From IMG/VR virus record IMGVR_UViG_3300010373_000055, positions 1-56,732 of that record: a stretch of 56,732 nucleotides of DNA; one strand, 5' to 3'. The translations under genes and the position numbers were made by a program. Of this stretch, positions 30,970 to 39,958 are shown in pieces. The notes beneath the pieces are model-generated. The model saw only the letters and a list, made by a program, of their open reading frames with translations, ran no database searches and was not told the origin of the DNA. Each line of letters begins with the position of its first letter. The stretch's first letter is position 1. The DNA comes from a virus. Its lineage: Duplodnaviria; Caudoviricetes.

Positions 30970-32355
30970 ATGGGAGAAACAACACGGCGAAAGCTGCATT
31001 ATCCAGAAGAGACCGATACGCCTGACGTTCCACGCGATATCAAGAAACTTGCAGAAGAACTTGATCTTGTAGCTACGTTCAAGAGTGGCACAATTGCCGA
31101 ACGCCCAGCAGTCGGCGCAAGCAAGGAAGGCGATATCTTTTGGGCCACCGATGATTTGACCTATGGTGCGGAAGGCACGCCTTCGATATTTCGCGCAGGA
31201 GCTTGGAAGCGACTGCCATTTGTCGAAGTGATTACTGGTATGATTGCGAACCTCGCAGTCACGGCGGCAAAGCTCGCAGCCGAATCGGTGGAAGAATCCA
31301 AGATCAAGGAACGTTCAGTCACTACCAAAAAGATCGGCAAAGAAGCAGTTACCGCAGAAAACATCATCGGCTCGATCAAATCAGGTACAGCTGAAACCCC
31401 ATCCCTCCGTAGGCTCGGGACAGGGGCCACAGAAGCGGCCGCAGGCAACGATCCGCGCTTCACCCTACCCGGTACTAACGCAGAGTCAATTCGTCCAGGC
31501 CAGCCCAAAAATACCGACTGGGTAGTAAATAACCCTGTTATTACAAATACAGGGACAGGGGCTTTCAAATTCAAAGCTGGTGGTAAGGCTTGGCTAAAGG
31601 ACTCTGGTTCTTCAGCTTTGGTATATACTGAAGTGGCTGAACAGGAATGGAACTTAGTTCCTCCTGCACTGCCCAAAGCAGGATTTTATTTGACATTTGG
31701 TATTGATCTAAGCTCTAGCATGTTAGAATGGGGCAAAGCTCCTGTAGTATCTGTTTCTCCAGCTTCAGTAGAACAGTCAACAGAAGCCTTGGCTAAAAAA
31801 ACTCCCGCAGGAGTAGCGGCGAATCACAATCGTATTTTAGATGTTATTATTCTAAATACTGCCGGGGTAATTTCATATGTAATTGGTATTGATAGGCGCA
31901 TTTCATCAAATGCTGTATTTGCTCCTGGTGTAATATTAGGATCGATGATCCCTGGTTTTGCTCCTTGGGGATTTTTGTTCTGCAATTTTGAAGCAGTAAG
32001 TCGTGCTCGCTATAGTGAATTGTTTGCAGAAATCGGGACTACTGCGGGTCCAGGAGTTGGGTCCAGCACTTTCAATGTACCAGAAGGTCAGAATAGGTTT
32101 TTACTAGGCTCGGGTTTGCAGACAATTGGTACGACAGGTGGCGCCGAAAACGTGACGTTGACAGAAGCGCAGATGCCATCTCACAAACATAAATTTGAAA
32201 AAGAAGTTATTTCGCAGCCAGGGTTAGTTGCAGTCGAAGGGGGATTAGGTATGATTGGTGGAGTTGCCCTGAAAGAAACCCCATCAGCAGGTGGAGGTTT
32301 GAGCCACACAAACATGCCCCCTTGGTTCGCAGGCAACTGGATCATCAAGACTTAG
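30970..32355 (+). CDS. tail fibre protein with C-terminal tail-collar domain
   Basis: APWGFLFCN..AVSRARYSELFAEIGT...TFNVP...GGAENVTLTEAQMPSHKH...NMPPW..NWIIKT. Confidence 0.85.
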   Translation: MGETTRRKLHYPEETDTPDVPRDIKKLAEELDLVATFKSGTIAERPAVGASKEGDIFWATDDLTYGAEGTPSIFRAGAWKRLPFVEVITGMIANLAVTAAKLAAESVEESKIKERSVTTKKIGKEAVTAENIIGSIKSGTAETPSLRRLGTGATEAAAGNDPRFTLPGTNAESIRPGQPKNTDWVVNNPVITNTGTGAFKFKAGGKAWLKDSGSSALVYTEVAEQEWNLVPPALPKAGFYLTFGIDLSSSMLEWGKAPVVSVSPASVEQSTEALAKKTPAGVAANHNRILDVIILNTAGVISYVIGIDRRISSNAVFAPGVILGSMIPGFAPWGFLFCNFEAVSRARYSELFAEIGTTAGPGVGSSTFNVPEGQNRFLLGSGLQTIGTTGGAENVTLTEAQMPSHKHKFEKEVISQPGLVAVEGGLGMIGGVALKETPSAGGGLSHTNMPPWFAGNWIIKT

Positions 32356-32417
32356 TTGCTCACGCAACCAAAAGATTTATCAAATCTTTAGGTTCTCTTT
32401 AGATTCAATGCTATGCT
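32353..32417 (+). promoter_or_regulatory. repeat-promoter copy 1 (50-bp repeat plus -10 TATGCT)
   Basis: 32353-32402 is identical to 36451-36500; 11-bp-period GATTTAT/TCTTTAG/TCTTTAG; -10 at 32412. Confidence 0.7.
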
Positions 32418-32450
32418 GCTCCTAGTTGGTAAACTAACGAAGGAGTGGGC

Positions 32451-32792
32451 ATGGCAAGCAATACGAAGCAGACTAGGCATGACAAGCTCGCAGGACGAGT
32501 GGCTAAGCTCGTCAGCGAGGGAAAGCCGTTCGGGGTGATCGATGCGCGATTGAAGCTCCCTCCGGGCACGACATACCGCATCAACATCCGAAATGAAGTG
32601 GCGGCGAATCCGAAGCTGCGCATCAATTGGAGGACAGATGGACAGCTTCTCTCCCGCATACAAACTGCACGTATGCGGCGAGATGAGTACAGCAGCTGGC
32701 ACTGGCTCGCTGGCCGCACAGGCGTTTCTGTCGGCAAGCTGAAGCGTCTGGCTCGTGAGGCAGGTATGGAAACAGACGAGCGAGGCCGATAA
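32451..32792 (+). CDS. double-HTH-like DNA-binding protein, paralog of the 33478 gene
   Basis: AAGGAG RBS; GTTYRINI and YSSWHWLAGRTGVSV. Confidence 0.75.
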   Translation: MASNTKQTRHDKLAGRVAKLVSEGKPFGVIDARLKLPPGTTYRINIRNEVAANPKLRINWRTDGQLLSRIQTARMRRDEYSSWHWLAGRTGVSVGKLKRLAREAGMETDERGR

Positions 32793-32801
32793 GAGCACGC
32801 C

Positions 32802-32839
32802 GAATAGACCCTCTGCATTTTTATGTGGAGGGTCTATTC
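32802..32839 (+). terminator. strong hairpin (terminator or processing site)
   Basis: GAATAGACCCTC/GAGGGTCTATTC perfect 12-bp arms, extendable with G.U pairs; no U tail. Confidence 0.6.
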
Positions 32840-32859
32840 ACAAGGAAAGAGAGTATACT

Positions 32860-33444
32860 ATGGCTGAGTACAGGCATGTGTTAGCAAATCGGTTGGAGCA
32901 TGGGCAAGAGATGCGGTATGCAGGCATGAATCGAACTGTGTTGGCTGTTGCGCATCGCAGAAATACTGTCGAGGTAACATTGGACACTGGTGCGAAGGTG
33001 TTATTGCATCCTGACGAGGTAGTGTGGGTCGTTATATGAGACGTGCAAGGCTATATGTTGTACCAAATGATAGCAAAGATATGTGGCAGGTTTGGTACGA
33101 TGATGGCTTTGGGAATGTACGACCGATCAGTTCTCCCTTTACGGATGAGCTACAAGCTAGACGGTTGATCCGTGTCATACAAGACAATCTTAGCAAGGCA
33201 TATTTAGAAGTGCCCCCTCCTGGGGCATAAATTATTCAATCAAAAGGGGGTATCAATGAAAATTGGAGATTTTGTCCATGACATTTTGGATAGAGAGCTT
33301 GTCGATGAAGGGCTTGAGCCTTGGCTAGGAGAGATACTTGATATAGATGTGGGATATGAGTATCCAATCTTAGTTCGGTGGCATACAGGGGCACAAGAGC
33401 GGTGTACGGGCGCACAGCTAAAAGTAATCGAGTTGCCTGGCTAG
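32860..33444 (+). other. three small genes (32860-33039, 33036-33230, 33256-33444), beta-barrel-like
   Basis: RBS or ATGA coupling; 59-64 aa; alternating beta-strand patterns. Confidence 0.6.
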
Positions 33445-33471
33445 ACAAGCATAGTGAGTTTGTGCTATAGT
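33442..33471 (+). promoter_or_regulatory. sigma70-type promoter, probably leaderless
   Basis: TAGACA-18-TATAGT with extended TG; ATG 6 nt after the -10. Confidence 0.7.
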
Positions 33472-33477
33472 TGAGCC

Positions 33478-34365
33478 ATGGCGCGACTTAGCCAGCCAAT
33501 CGAGGTTCGAGGAGGGGTGATTCTTCCGCTCTACGGAGAGCGCAGGGGATACCTAGCCAGCCGGATAGGTGAGGCTGCACAGTCGTTTCACTTGACGAAA
33601 GAGGGCGCAGAAGCGTACTTGCTGAAAACAGACCCGGCTACGCGCATGTCTTACAAAGACTACCAGCGCCTGCCTGTTAGACTCAAACGTCGTATCTACA
33701 AAAGAACTAGAACCAAGAAAGCGGAGGCACACAGAATGGCCCGAGTAATTGTCAAAAAACGTGCAGCGCAGGCAGAGGCCCCAGCCGAGAAACGTGGGCG
33801 CGGTCGTCCACCGAAAGCTGCCAAAGCAGCGAAAGCGAAAGTAGCAGCGAAAAAAGCTCCAGCTAGCGAGCGCGTGAAATACGTCGATGACGAGAAACTG
33901 CGCGCGAAGGTCGCCGCCTTTGTCGAGAAAGGCATGGGGCTGAACGAGATAGATGAGGCGTTAGACCTCACCAGCGGCACGTCCTACCGTATCAACATCG
34001 CCAATGTTGTCGAGGACACGCCAAAACTAAAGATCAAATTCAGCGATGAGGAGGAGCTTGTCGAGGCAGTCGCAGAGGCCCGCGAGGAAGCGGGCGACTA
34101 TTCTTCGTGGTACTGGCTGGCGGGACGTACAGGCGTCAGCGTTCCAACGCTCAAGAAGATTATGCAGGAAGCGGGCACAGACACCAGCGCCAAAGTTGCC
34201 GAAGCTCGCGCCGCTGCCAAGGCAGAGGAGGATGATGACGAGGAGCCTGCGCCCAAAGCCAAAAAAGCGAACAAACGAGGAGTGAAAGTAACCAGCAAAG
34301 CCAAAAAAGTAGTCGGAGCGCGGCGCGGTCGTCAACCGAAAGCTGCCACCGGGGACCCTTCCTAA
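33478..34365 (+). CDS. histone-like/AT-hook protein with double-HTH core (second start at 33736)
   Basis: KRGRGRPPK, AKAAKAK tracts, YSSWYWLAGRTGVSV; GGAGG RBS before 33736. Confidence 0.75.
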   Translation: MARLSQPIEVRGGVILPLYGERRGYLASRIGEAAQSFHLTKEGAEAYLLKTDPATRMSYKDYQRLPVRLKRRIYKRTRTKKAEAHRMARVIVKKRAAQAEAPAEKRGRGRPPKAAKAAKAKVAAKKAPASERVKYVDDEKLRAKVAAFVEKGMGLNEIDEALDLTSGTSYRINIANVVEDTPKLKIKFSDEEELVEAVAEAREEAGDYSSWYWLAGRTGVSVPTLKKIMQEAGTDTSAKVAEARAAAKAEEDDDEEPAPKAKKANKRGVKVTSKAKKVVGARRGRQPKAATGDPS

Positions 34366-34370
34366 CAGGG

Positions 34371-34676
34371 TTGTCCCATGAGGAGGTTTCTGAGAGGCTA
34401 AACGGGAGGCGCATCTACACGATGCACAAGGAACCCGGAAGCAGCGTCATCTTTGAGCAGGAATATAAGGTGGGGCGCTTCCGGCGTTTCTTGGAGCCTA
34501 CAGAACCGGACGATCCTGAGCGAGGCTCCAATCCAGCCAAACGTACACAGAGGCTCTTGCAGTTCTACGAGCCGGACGAACGCGCATCGACAGGCCGCGT
34601 GTATTCAGGCGTGATGCACACTGTCGCAGTTGCGGATATAGCAGACGTGAGTAAAAAGCCGTTTACAAATATATAG
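34371..34676 (+). CDS. hypothetical protein
   Basis: 101 aa; start uncertain. Confidence 0.5.
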   Translation: MSHEEVSERLNGRRIYTMHKEPGSSVIFEQEYKVGRFRRFLEPTEPDDPERGSNPAKRTQRLLQFYEPDERASTGRVYSGVMHTVAVADIADVSKKPFTNI

Positions 34677-34685
34677 GGAGCCGAC

Positions 34686-34865
34686 ATGACACAATATCGC
34701 GCAGCAGAACTCAAAGTTGGTTCTATGGTTATGCTGCCAAAATACTTCATTGCGCAGGAAGTCGAGAGCATTCTTGAGCATAGTGCGCAAGGACACATCA
34801 TCTTCCAGTTCAGGCATAACAAGTATCTTTTCCACAGTGACGATTGTGTATTGGCGGAGCTATGA
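34686..34865 (+). CDS. small SH3-like beta protein (59 aa)
   Basis: GGGAG RBS; RAAELKVGSMV pattern. Confidence 0.55.
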   Translation: MTQYRAAELKVGSMVMLPKYFIAQEVESILEHSAQGHIIFQFRHNKYLFHSDDCVLAEL

Positions 34866-35176
34866 AATACAGAGGGATTCATTTCAAACTGTGCTCGCCG
34901 TTGATTGGCGTGCATCTCGGGCGCAATCCTGTAAGCGGGGAGCGCTTCTTGCACATTGCTCCGTTCCCGTTCATCTCAATCGAGTTCTCCGAGCGCGATA
35001 CAGAACCACAGCGCGATATACCAATTGGATATTTTTAAGGTAAGCCATATTATGATGCAATGCCAAAGATGGTCGTAGGAAGGTCTACTATGAGCGTAGG
35101 TGTGGGCGAGGATGTTATAGTCCGCCTTGAACCTATGCGGAATCCAAATGAGATGATCGAGGGATACAATGGTTGA
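34862..35176 (+). CDS. hypothetical protein with probable spurious TAA at 35036
   Basis: Frame continues GKPYYDAMPKMVV... to TGA 35174, overlapping the next start. Confidence 0.45.
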
Positions 35177-36095
35177 CGAGACAATCCCACAGGAGGAAAC
35201 TAAGCATCAGAAAATAATGTCGCGCGTGCGCGCGCTACTAGCGAAGGCGGACAGTACGACGGAACCGGGAGAGGCGGAACGCTTCCGTGAAGGCGCAGAC
35301 AAATTGATGACTCTGTATGCCATCGAACAGTGGCAGCTAGACGCACACAAAGATGAACCCCGCGCTGTCAAACCTATTCGGCGCGACTTCGATATGAAAT
35401 GGTATATGGGTAATCCGTTGCGCAATGACTTGTGGGCGATGATGAGTAACGTTGCCGCCCACTGCCGGGTCAAGCTCGTTTACTGGAAGTTCAGGGGTTT
35501 CATTCCGGCCGTGGGAATTACCAGCGACTTGGATTATTTCGACATGCTTTTCACAACGCTAATGCTAGAGCTAGGCAAGGGCCTAGAGCCGAAGCCTAAA
35601 CCAGATGTGAGCTTAGTAGAGAACCTAGTTGTGTTGCGCGAGGCCGGGATGACTTGGAATCGGGCGGCAGACCTGCTAGAGAAGATCGACCAGTGCGATA
35701 CGTTCGATACCAAAACTGGCATGGAATGGACGAAGCTCTACACGGCTTATTGCCGCGAGCACAACCGCGCGCGCGTGCGTACAACGCCTAGCGTCTACCA
35801 GGCAAGCTACGCCAAGGGTTTTGTCACCGAGATTCGCAAACGTCTACGGCGGCAGGAGGAGAAGTCAACAGGTAGCATGGAGTTAGTGCTGCGCGACATC
35901 CGCGAGGTAGTAGAGGACGAGGCAGCGAAGCTCTTTGGTGCCGATCCCGAACGGTACGCAATGGAGAAGAGCGGCTATGTAGACCCTGCCGCCTATCACG
36001 CAGGATCAGTTGACGGTAAAAAGGCTCGCATCGCAATGAATCCTAACGAGACGATGGAACACACTGCACGCGCGCCGAAGGAGATAGAGTCATGA
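35169..36095 (+). CDS. DUF2786-domain protein
   Basis: RVRALLAKADST..PGEAERFREGADKLMTLYAI; AYHAGSVDGKKA. Confidence 0.75.
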   Translation: MVDETIPQEETKHQKIMSRVRALLAKADSTTEPGEAERFREGADKLMTLYAIEQWQLDAHKDEPRAVKPIRRDFDMKWYMGNPLRNDLWAMMSNVAAHCRVKLVYWKFRGFIPAVGITSDLDYFDMLFTTLMLELGKGLEPKPKPDVSLVENLVVLREAGMTWNRAADLLEKIDQCDTFDTKTGMEWTKLYTAYCREHNRARVRTTPSVYQASYAKGFVTEIRKRLRRQEEKSTGSMELVLRDIREVVEDEAAKLFGADPERYAMEKSGYVDPAAYHAGSVDGKKARIAMNPNETMEHTARAPKEIES

Positions 36096-36240
36096 AAATC
36101 TTCACGGCACTAAAGAAATTGATCGCTACAGAACTTTGGATCTTAGCGTTTCATATAAGCAAACAGACCATAATTGATTTATCCTTTGAATTAGTAAAGG
36201 CATATGAGCACGGCTTCAAACAGGGCAGGATGGGTGACTC

Positions 36241-36453
36241 ATGAGCCGAACGGCGATGACAAGCACTCTACCCTGTTGGATTACGCAGAAGGGGGAAGGT
36301 GGTACACTGCGCATCACCTGTCCCCGCTGTGGTGGTAAGGCAATCGTCAATGCGCACAAGTGGTACAAAGGGGGTGGGCAGTACAAGGGACCGATGATAG
36401 GCCGGTCTTGTACTTATTGTTTCTTCACAAATCGAATCCCGGAGTCAAAATAG
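36241..36453 (+). CDS. small Zn-ribbon protein
   Basis: CPRC...CTYC. Confidence 0.6.
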   Translation: MSRTAMTSTLPCWITQKGEGGTLRITCPRCGGKAIVNAHKWYKGGGQYKGPMIGRSCTYCFFTNRIPESK

Positions 36454-36516
36454 TTGCTCACGCAACCAAAAGATTTATCAAATCTTTAGGTTCTCTTTAG
36501 GTTGGTGAACTATAGT
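36451..36516 (+). promoter_or_regulatory. repeat-promoter copy 2 (50-bp repeat plus -10 TATAGT)
   Basis: Exact copy of 32353-32402; TATAGT at 36511. Confidence 0.72.
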
Positions 36517-36546
36517 TGGACCTACAAATCAATCTAAAGGAGCATC

Positions 36547-36729
36547 ATGATAAGCGTAGCGACAGCAAGACAGGTTCGGGCAATCGCCGAACGTTGGTCC
36601 GAGGAGTACGATGTGCCAATGGGCGATGTTCATCAACTATTCAAGGAATTGCAGCGCGCCAAAGGCAATGCAAGTTTCACGCAGTCCGTTGTGTTGCTCA
36701 ACAAAGTTCTAGACCAGAAGGGGAACTAA
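36547..36729 (+). CDS. small helical protein
   Basis: AAGGAG RBS. Confidence 0.6.
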   Translation: MISVATARQVRAIAERWSEEYDVPMGDVHQLFKELQRAKGNASFTQSVVLLNKVLDQKGN

Positions 36730-36730
36730 A

Positions 36731-36946
36731 GTGCTCCGTCGAATTGGCATAGTAGTAGCAGCAACCCTCATCGTTCTCGCCATCGTGTTGGTGATCGAAA
36801 ATGTCGGAGGGCATAGCCCGGCCAACACCTATCTACAGCAGGCCCCAGCATTGCAGCACGAAGCAAACGAAAATGCACGGCAGGCAGTTGAAGCTGAGAA
36901 AGAAGCCATCGAAGTCGAGCGGGAAGCTACCAGAAAGATTCCATGA
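36731..36946 (+). CDS. small membrane-anchored protein
   Basis: IGIVVAATLIVLAIVLVI. Confidence 0.6.
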   Translation: MLRRIGIVVAATLIVLAIVLVIENVGGHSPANTYLQQAPALQHEANENARQAVEAEKEAIEVEREATRKIP

Positions 36947-37557
36947 TATCAATTACAAATATACATAAATTGGAGATTGAAGAACGGCCAACTGGAAAGC
37001 GATTCATAATTGTAGATGAACGAACCGACAAACACATTGGTTATGTAGAAGCGCACGAACCATTGCGCCGTCACTTCTATTGGCGCGATTGGGACCCGAA
37101 GCGCGACGAACCAGAGTATGGAACAGTCGAGGTTAGCATCGGCAAGATTCTTCCAGAGCCAGAACATTCAGCTGCCATTTCGATAGCGGTACAGATTGCA
37201 GTTTCGTTCGTTGCCGCGCTCAATTCGCAGAACGCCTTCGCGCTCAAGGAGCAGTTCCGCCAGCGCCAGATACACCAGATAGCGCAGGCAACACATAATC
37301 GGATGGTTGAGGAGCGGCGTAAAGAAATTGAGGATAAACTGAAGTGGTATCTAGGGCAGAAGTTCAAGATGAGGGTGGCAGGTCGCAAGTCTACCGTGTT
37401 CGGCACGATTGATAACGTCACGGCAGATCGTCTATACTCTACAAGCGAGCAGTACCGGGGCATGACTACGAACCTCAACGCCATCCAGGAGCTTTGGGTC
37501 ATGTATCCGGGCGAGAAGCGCTACACGAACATCATCAAATCTTTATCAGATCTTTAG
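36943..37557 (+). CDS. hypothetical protein
   Basis: 204 aa, coupled. Confidence 0.65.
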   Translation: MISITNIHKLEIEERPTGKRFIIVDERTDKHIGYVEAHEPLRRHFYWRDWDPKRDEPEYGTVEVSIGKILPEPEHSAAISIAVQIAVSFVAALNSQNAFALKEQFRQRQIHQIAQATHNRMVEERRKEIEDKLKWYLGQKFKMRVAGRKSTVFGTIDNVTADRLYSTSEQYRGMTTNLNAIQELWVMYPGEKRYTNIIKSLSDL

Positions 37558-37573
37558 GTTTGGACTCTATAGT
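37534..37573 (+). promoter_or_regulatory. repeat-promoter copy 3 (partial)
   Basis: ATCAAA TCTTTAT CAGA TCTTTAG, then 10 nt, then TATAGT; ATG 6 nt downstream. Confidence 0.62.
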
Positions 37574-37579
37574 TGAACT

Positions 37580-37944
37580 ATGGCAACAAACGAAAGGAAC
37601 AAGATGAGCTACGAAACGATGGTTGATAGGATGGTGCAGCAGCGCCTTGAGGCAGATAGTGCTTATATAAATGCTGCTACCATCGAGGAGCAAAGTGCAC
37701 GGGAACAGCAGATCGTTGAAGAGGTTGAAGATCAGATCAACTACGGATATGATGAGCGCGACTAATGAGCCTCTCCAAGAACATAGAGCGAGCTTCAGCA
37801 AACGTATTGTGTATGCTCGATGAGGTCAAGCATGATATCAAACATGGAAACTATCAAGGGGCGCGCGAAGCCGCAGAATTGCTTCAGATGGAATCGGCAG
37901 AGTTGATGGCGCTTGTCGCTGAACTGGAGCGGAGGCACCGATGA
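37580..37944 (+). other. two small genes (37580-37765, 37765-37944)
   Basis: TAATG/ATGA coupling into the helicase. Confidence 0.55.
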
Positions 37945-39815
37945 TCGCGTTCGTAGACCTCAACGAGAAAAAGGACCGAATCAAGGTTACGTTCCCTTAC
38001 GAGCCCTCAGCCGTCCACGCGATCAAAAGCGTGCAGGGAGCAAGGTTCAAAGATAAAGGAGGACCGCACTGGCTCTTGCCACTAGACATCTCTAGCGCAC
38101 GCGAACTTCGCGCAGCGTTCACAAGAGCAGGGCATGAGCTAACACTCTCTCCTGCCGCCAAGAAGTGGGGCCATGCAGCGGTCCGCAAGGAGGAAAACCT
38201 CACGCAGCTAGGCGCAGCCGATGACGCTGAGCTAGAGTTTTTGCCAAAACTATGCCCGAAGCTCGCTAAGTGGCTACGTCCTTACCAGCGTGCAGATGTC
38301 GCATTCCTTGCGCGAGCAGATGCTATCAACGCGAACCACCCCGGTCTAGGCAAGACTGCCGAGGCAATCGGTGCAGTGTTCGAGGCGCAGCTACACAACG
38401 CGCCTAAGCTAGTGGTAGCGCCAAAGAGTAGTCTAGAGACTGTGTGGCTTGAGGAACTAAAGCGCTGGCAGAAACAGCGCGTATTGGTAACGTCTGGAGA
38501 CGATACACATAAGCAGCGACAGGCAATTATCGAGGCAGCTTGGGAAGCTGTTGACGATGACGAACCTTTCTGGCTCGTTATCAACCACCACATGCTGCGT
38601 TATCAGCGTGACCGTACAGCTAACAAGGTTATGGAGCATGGACGCGAGGAGTACCCACTGATACCTGTGTTTGGAGAGCTTTACAACATCCCGTGGTCCT
38701 ATGTGATCGTAGACGAGTACCACAAGATGGGTCTAGCAAACAACAAATCCTTGATGGCTCGTTCGCTGCGCGATGTCCCGCGCGAGAAGCTACTGCTGAT
38801 GTCCGGTACTCCAATGGGCGGCAAGCCTATCAAGTTGTGGTCTGCGCTACATCATATAGAGCCTGCTAAGTTCACAAGCAAGTGGCGTTGGGCGGGCATG
38901 TGGTTGGAGATTACAGACCACGAAGCTGCCGGACAGGTGCATAAGACCATCGAAGGCATCCGCCCTGAGCGCGAAGAAGCCTTCTACAAGGAGCACGCGC
39001 CGCACCTGCTACGGCGGACTAAGGCTGAGGTGTTGCCGCAGTTGCCCGCCAAGCAGTACACCATTGTTACCTGCAAGATGACGAAGAAACAGCGCAAGCA
39101 GTATGATTCTGTAAGTGCCGATGCGGAAGTCAAGATTGCAGATGAGCACCTGTCGATAGTCGGCGTGCTTGCCGAATACACAAGGCTCAAGCAGTTCAGC
39201 AACAGCCACCACATAATCAAGCATATGGCGAAAGGTGAGCTAAAGCTATTGCCGACAGGCGAGGGCGGCAAGTTTCCACAGTTGTTGCGCATTCTAGAGG
39301 AGAATGGAATTACAGGAGAACAGGAAAATGCTGAAGGTGATGAAAAGGTTGTGGTGTTCTCACAGTTCTCCTCTATCGTGGATTGCATTTGTGACGTGCT
39401 TGAAAGGGAGGGCATTGAGGTCAGCAAGATCACAGGTAGCGTAAATCGCAAGGGAGAGCGTACACGTATCCAGCGCGAGTTTCAGGGTGAGGACGGACCC
39501 CGCGTAATTTGCATGACAACCGGAGCAGGCGGTGTGAGCGTGACACTTGATCGCGCATCCACCGTTGTCTTTTTCGATGAGACGTGGGACCCGGACGACC
39601 AGGAGCAGGGCGAGGACCGTGTTCACAGGGCTTCGCGGATGAACCAGGTGATGGTTTATTATCTACGGTCGGAGGATTCAATTGAGGAGAGAATTGCTGA
39701 AGTTACAGGAGGCAAGAAACTCACCAATAAGCAGATACTTGACGCGATCCGTCTAACTTTGAAGATCAAAAAGGCAGAGAAGGAACATCAGCAGGCGCTA
39801 GAAGAGGCAGTGTAA
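37941..39815 (+). CDS. SNF2-family helicase
   Basis: LRPYQ, PGLGKT, VDEYH, SGTP, LRRTK, VVFSQF, QGEDRVHR. Confidence 0.9.
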   Translation: MIAFVDLNEKKDRIKVTFPYEPSAVHAIKSVQGARFKDKGGPHWLLPLDISSARELRAAFTRAGHELTLSPAAKKWGHAAVRKEENLTQLGAADDAELEFLPKLCPKLAKWLRPYQRADVAFLARADAINANHPGLGKTAEAIGAVFEAQLHNAPKLVVAPKSSLETVWLEELKRWQKQRVLVTSGDDTHKQRQAIIEAAWEAVDDDEPFWLVINHHMLRYQRDRTANKVMEHGREEYPLIPVFGELYNIPWSYVIVDEYHKMGLANNKSLMARSLRDVPREKLLLMSGTPMGGKPIKLWSALHHIEPAKFTSKWRWAGMWLEITDHEAAGQVHKTIEGIRPEREEAFYKEHAPHLLRRTKAEVLPQLPAKQYTIVTCKMTKKQRKQYDSVSADAEVKIADEHLSIVGVLAEYTRLKQFSNSHHIIKHMAKGELKLLPTGEGGKFPQLLRILEENGITGEQENAEGDEKVVVFSQFSSIVDCICDVLEREGIEVSKITGSVNRKGERTRIQREFQGEDGPRVICMTTGAGGVSVTLDRASTVVFFDETWDPDDQEQGEDRVHRASRMNQVMVYYLRSEDSIEERIAEVTGGKKLTNKQILDAIRLTLKIKKAEKEHQQALEEAV

Positions 39816-39823
39816 TCTAGGGG

Positions 39824-39852
39824 TTGCAATGCTCGCGGCGATCTGCTATACT
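39824..39852 (+). promoter_or_regulatory. sigma70-type promoter
   Basis: TTGCAA-17-TATACT with extended TG. Confidence 0.72.
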
Positions 39853-39854
39853 TC

Positions 39855-39958
39855 GAGAGGCAACTCAGAGCCTCAGCGCTCCCCGGTTGGCCTCTCATAA
39901 CAGATCGGGGAGCGCGAGAGGCAAAGAGTATATTATCAAAATAAAGAAGGGCTCTGAG
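39855..39958 (+). ncRNA. candidate cis-regulatory structured 5' leader
   Basis: Stems 39864-72/39950-58 and 39876-85/39906-15; loop GCCTCTC complementary to GAGAGGC (two copies). Confidence 0.5.

Noticed and set aside
29644-31300. Diversity-generating retroelement TR/VR pair
   Set aside because: No reverse transcriptase; the differences are not adenine-specific; the repeat is at the N-termini
32353-36500. 50-bp repeats as attL/attR or CRISPR repeats
   Set aside because: No integrase or cas operon, 4.1-kb spacing, and a fixed distance to -10 boxes favours promoters
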